Shown in pieces: positions 60,801-64,000 of a stretch of 64,000 nt of DNA. The position numbers were made by a program, and so were the translations under genes. Source of the DNA: Blasia pusilla (lineage: Eukaryota); assembly GCA_050084515.1 (NCBI GenBank), contig CM114271.1, forward strand, positions 310,001-374,000, given 5' to 3'. The number at the start of each line of letters is the position of its first letter. The stretch's first letter is position 1. A model generated the notes under the pieces. That model was not told the origin of the DNA and did no database searches. It saw only the letters and a program-made list of their open reading frames with translations.

Positions 60801-62329
60801 CGAGGTAGAGATGCGGTTTCATACATAGGATTGGGGGTTACTCAGTTGAGGGTGACTTTTCCAGTAGGGCCCGCTCTTAGGTTGGAGGATATAGTATGGA
60901 GTGCACTCAAAGAACAGTTAGTTATTTGAGTTGAGCCTGTTGCGTTGGGAGTTAGCTTGGTGGTTCCCACAAGCTTGGACGTGGATTCTCCCATCTTGAA
61001 GTGGTTTTGGCTCAATTTTATGTGATTCTATACGTGTTTTATGACAATAGGTTTCTCACGGATTTCACTCAAAGAACTCGAGGAGATCAATGGTAGCTTC
61101 GATCATGGATCAGTAGGATCTAGTTAGGGTTGATTGTGTATCCAACCGTGGATATTCATCGCTTGTGGGCTATGTTGGAGGTGTGAATCTGGTGCGTGGT
61201 TGGTAGGGAAAGAAGCGCCTTGCTGAGAGCTTTCCAATGCGCTTTAGATCGCCGGATTTTGTGAAGGGAGTTGGAAATTATCAAGGATTCAAGATTTTGG
61301 TTCGTGTTCGACGGTTTTTTGATGTGGAGAGCTTGGAGTGTGGAAGCTCTCTTGAAGTTCATCCAGATCGAGTGAGAGGTTCCTATTGCTACATGTATTG
61401 TGATCTTATGTGAAGCTATCTGCTTGGGTGTGTGGAGCGTTGGTGATTTCTGTGTGCATGAATCTGGGCGGAAGCGCTATCGGATTTGCGATTCTGGAGG
61501 TGTATGGACAGCAAGTTTGTCTGATTTTTAGCTCGAAGTACAGAGCTAAAAGAGGCTTCGAGGCAACTCGTGGTAGCTTGGGGCGAGTGGGCATGAGAGG
61601 CGGAACAAGGAGCAAGCAAGCAAGCTTGTTTGCTTGGACGTGAGGCAGTTTTTGCAGGATTTGTGGGTTGAGTGTTGTATAACAGGTCACCCATCTTTGG
61701 GCTATTCTGCCTGGAAGATGCTTAACTGTTGAGTTCTTAACTATGTCAGTGTACACACATGTGTAGCTCATTTGGTGTTGTTTGGAGATGTGTTAGGCCC
61801 TTTATGCATCTCGGGTTTTTGGTTGATGGACCTCTAGCATATAGTGCAGGTGATATTTTTAGGTGCTGCAAGTGCGACTAGCGCGTCATCGACCAGCGGT
61901 GGAGTGGCTTTTGCGTTAGAATTGTGTGGTGGGTTTTGTGGATTCAGGGGGCGCCACATTTGGTGGATTGTGTTACCTTGATTTCCATTAGCGATTGGAG
62001 GGTTGTCGTTGGACTTCTTGTGTTTGGATCCCCTCCATCGTTGCTTCTTGCTTGCGCACCCATTCTTAGGGTTGACGTTGATTTCCTTAGTAGTTTCACT
62101 CTTGTGTGCTATTGGTAGTGAGGCTGGAATGATGACCAGTAGAGTGTGGGAGGCTTCTTGTGGTGATGACAGGTTAGGTTGCCTACATCCATAGCTAGTA
62201 GAGCTAGAATAGTACAACGACATCGACGTCACTTGGTTACTTAGTGGTGGTGATTTGGTGGTGGTGCGGCATCAGCGTTGGTCATCACGGAGCTGTCTGT
62301 TGGTCTGGTTGGGGACCGTGGTGCGGACA

Positions 62330-64000
62330 GTGGTGGTTTTACACGGAGTGGATTGAGGTATCGGCTATCTTTTCCACTTCCGACGGTTGATGAAGAGGAG
62401 GACGAGGGTGTTCCAAACATCGAGTTATCGAGTGTTGCAACTCCATTGATTTGGGATATGGACAGGATATATGGGGCCATGAAGGGCCCACGATGATACT
62501 CGGGTGCAATGGTTACCACTGAGTTGGAGGACTTCATTCAATAGTTTGATACGTGGTGTGATATGCAGATGTTGCGAAACGCCACGTTGTTTACATCCTT
62601 CTTGTTTACACCATGTTGCTGAGATTGAGACGTGGAGACAATATTGGTCTCTAGGCTATGTGTCTATCACCCATGGTGGTACAAGCCCGACGTTGAGTGG
62701 TACAAGTACGATCCGGAGTGGGGGTACAAGTGGAGGTACCAGTGGGGGTACTAGTGGAGGTACTAGTGCCCCACCATCGTTCAGCCCGGTTGAAGAGTTC
62801 CTCAAGAGATTGAAGAAGAACTATCAGGGAGTGAAGACAGAGAAGTTGAGGAGTCTTCAGGAATTTGAGCGAAAGACTGGTGAGAGTCGTCGTGAGGCAT
62901 ACACTCGTATGCGACGCTTGATTTGAGTTACCTAGGGTGTAACCGAGGCTTAGGAAGTCAAGTTTTGGTCATGGATCTTGGACAGAGAGTTGCGCCGCAG
63001 GGTATGTGATGCTACTCTTATGAGTGTTAATTCATCCACATTGACCCATGTGTTTGCTCTATCTGAGAAGATTGAGCTTAATATGGTGGAGGAGAGAGTG
63101 GTGACATCCGCATTCAGTAGAGATATAACTACTTCTTCTCGTGTTCAGCAGTCCACCTCACAGTCTCATAGTAGTGGTGGTGGTAGTAGTAGTGGGAGTC
63201 GGGGGGGTACACACGACCTCAATCAGATCCTAGAGGGACACTTGCGCAGAGACCATTGCCTTCATTTGCTGCCCCGCAGCAAGGACAATCATGTTGGACA
63301 TGTGGAGGTGATCATGTTAGGAGGTTTTGTCCCCAAGAGGATGGGAGACGGACTTTGGAGGATGGGCCTCAGTCGGCCCCAACTCATTGTAATCATTGCG
63401 GGAGACCAGGTCATCCTCGAGAGCGTTGCTTTGATCTTCATCTAGAGTTGAGATCAGGCCGCGGCCGTGGTGGAGTAGCTCCAAGAGGCCGAGGTGGTAG
63501 GGGTGGTAGAGGTGGACAGTGGTTGGAGAGCCTACGGTGGCTACCCTTACTACTACAACAGAGTCAGCTATGGCTGCCAGGATTGAGCAGTTGGAGCATA
63601 AGTTGGCTACTATGGCTGGTATCCATCATAGAGCAAGTTTGGGAGCATGTGCTTCCACCTCTTATGGAGAGGATAATCTCTCTTATATGGCAAGTGCAAC
63701 ACAGGTTGAGGCATCAGCTGTAGTTACGAGAGGAGCCACTTGAGCGTCAGAGCCACGTGGTGCTACCGTGGAGTTGGACCCACAGAGGGATGAGGTGGGA
63801 GGCATACTTGGCTTCCCCAGTCATTCTTGTTGTCTGAGGTGCTTAGGACTCCATCCATGGTTCCTACGCAACCTATTGAGCCTACAGTGGGGACTCAAGC
63901 ATCTTCATCACGTGTAGTAGACACGGATGCAACATCCAGTGCAGTATTGCGGATGGAAACTTCAGTGTTGGGATCCCCATTGTTTTCAGCCACAGAGCTG
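62330..64000 (+). mobile_element. Second gypsy element, with Gag related to the DNMT-bearing element; runs off the right edge
   Basis: TRSGLRYR, FDTWC, SFSPVEEFLKRLKKNYQGVKTEKLRSLQEF, CWTCGGDHVRRFC, CNHCGRPGHPRERC, ARIEQLE, SAVVTRGA and LSEVLRTPSMVP are collinear with 6456-8200. Confidence 0.85.

Overview
This is eukaryotic plant nuclear DNA. The gene sequences, splice-site style and transposon lineages suggest a seed-free plant such as a bryophyte; that is inference. Two host genes lie head-to-head. The first is the start of UPF1 (minus strand, ATG at 282, running off the left edge and missing from the ORF track). The second is a complete 19-exon WD40+TPR gene of the ASG2/WDTC1 type (18938-55209, about 773 aa, C-terminal CaaX CTQS). 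Its introns 13 (about 20.1 kb) and 15 (about 6.3 kb) are filled with nested Ty1/copia elements, solo LTRs and RTE-X-like LINEs. The standout is a decayed Ty3/gypsy element (about 4.7-13.46 kb) with a DNMT3-like C5 cytosine methyltransferase between protease and RT and a PHD finger after integrase. Two more relatives of its Gag lie at 60.2-60.8 kb and 62.3-64 kb. Other notable structures: a copia family with TG..TA LTR ends and half-tRNA priming, a templated patch copied between inverted LTRs about 7.5 kb apart, two LINE 5' inversions of the twin-priming type, and long uORFs upstream of both host genes. All calls come from reading the sequence by eye; no searches were run.
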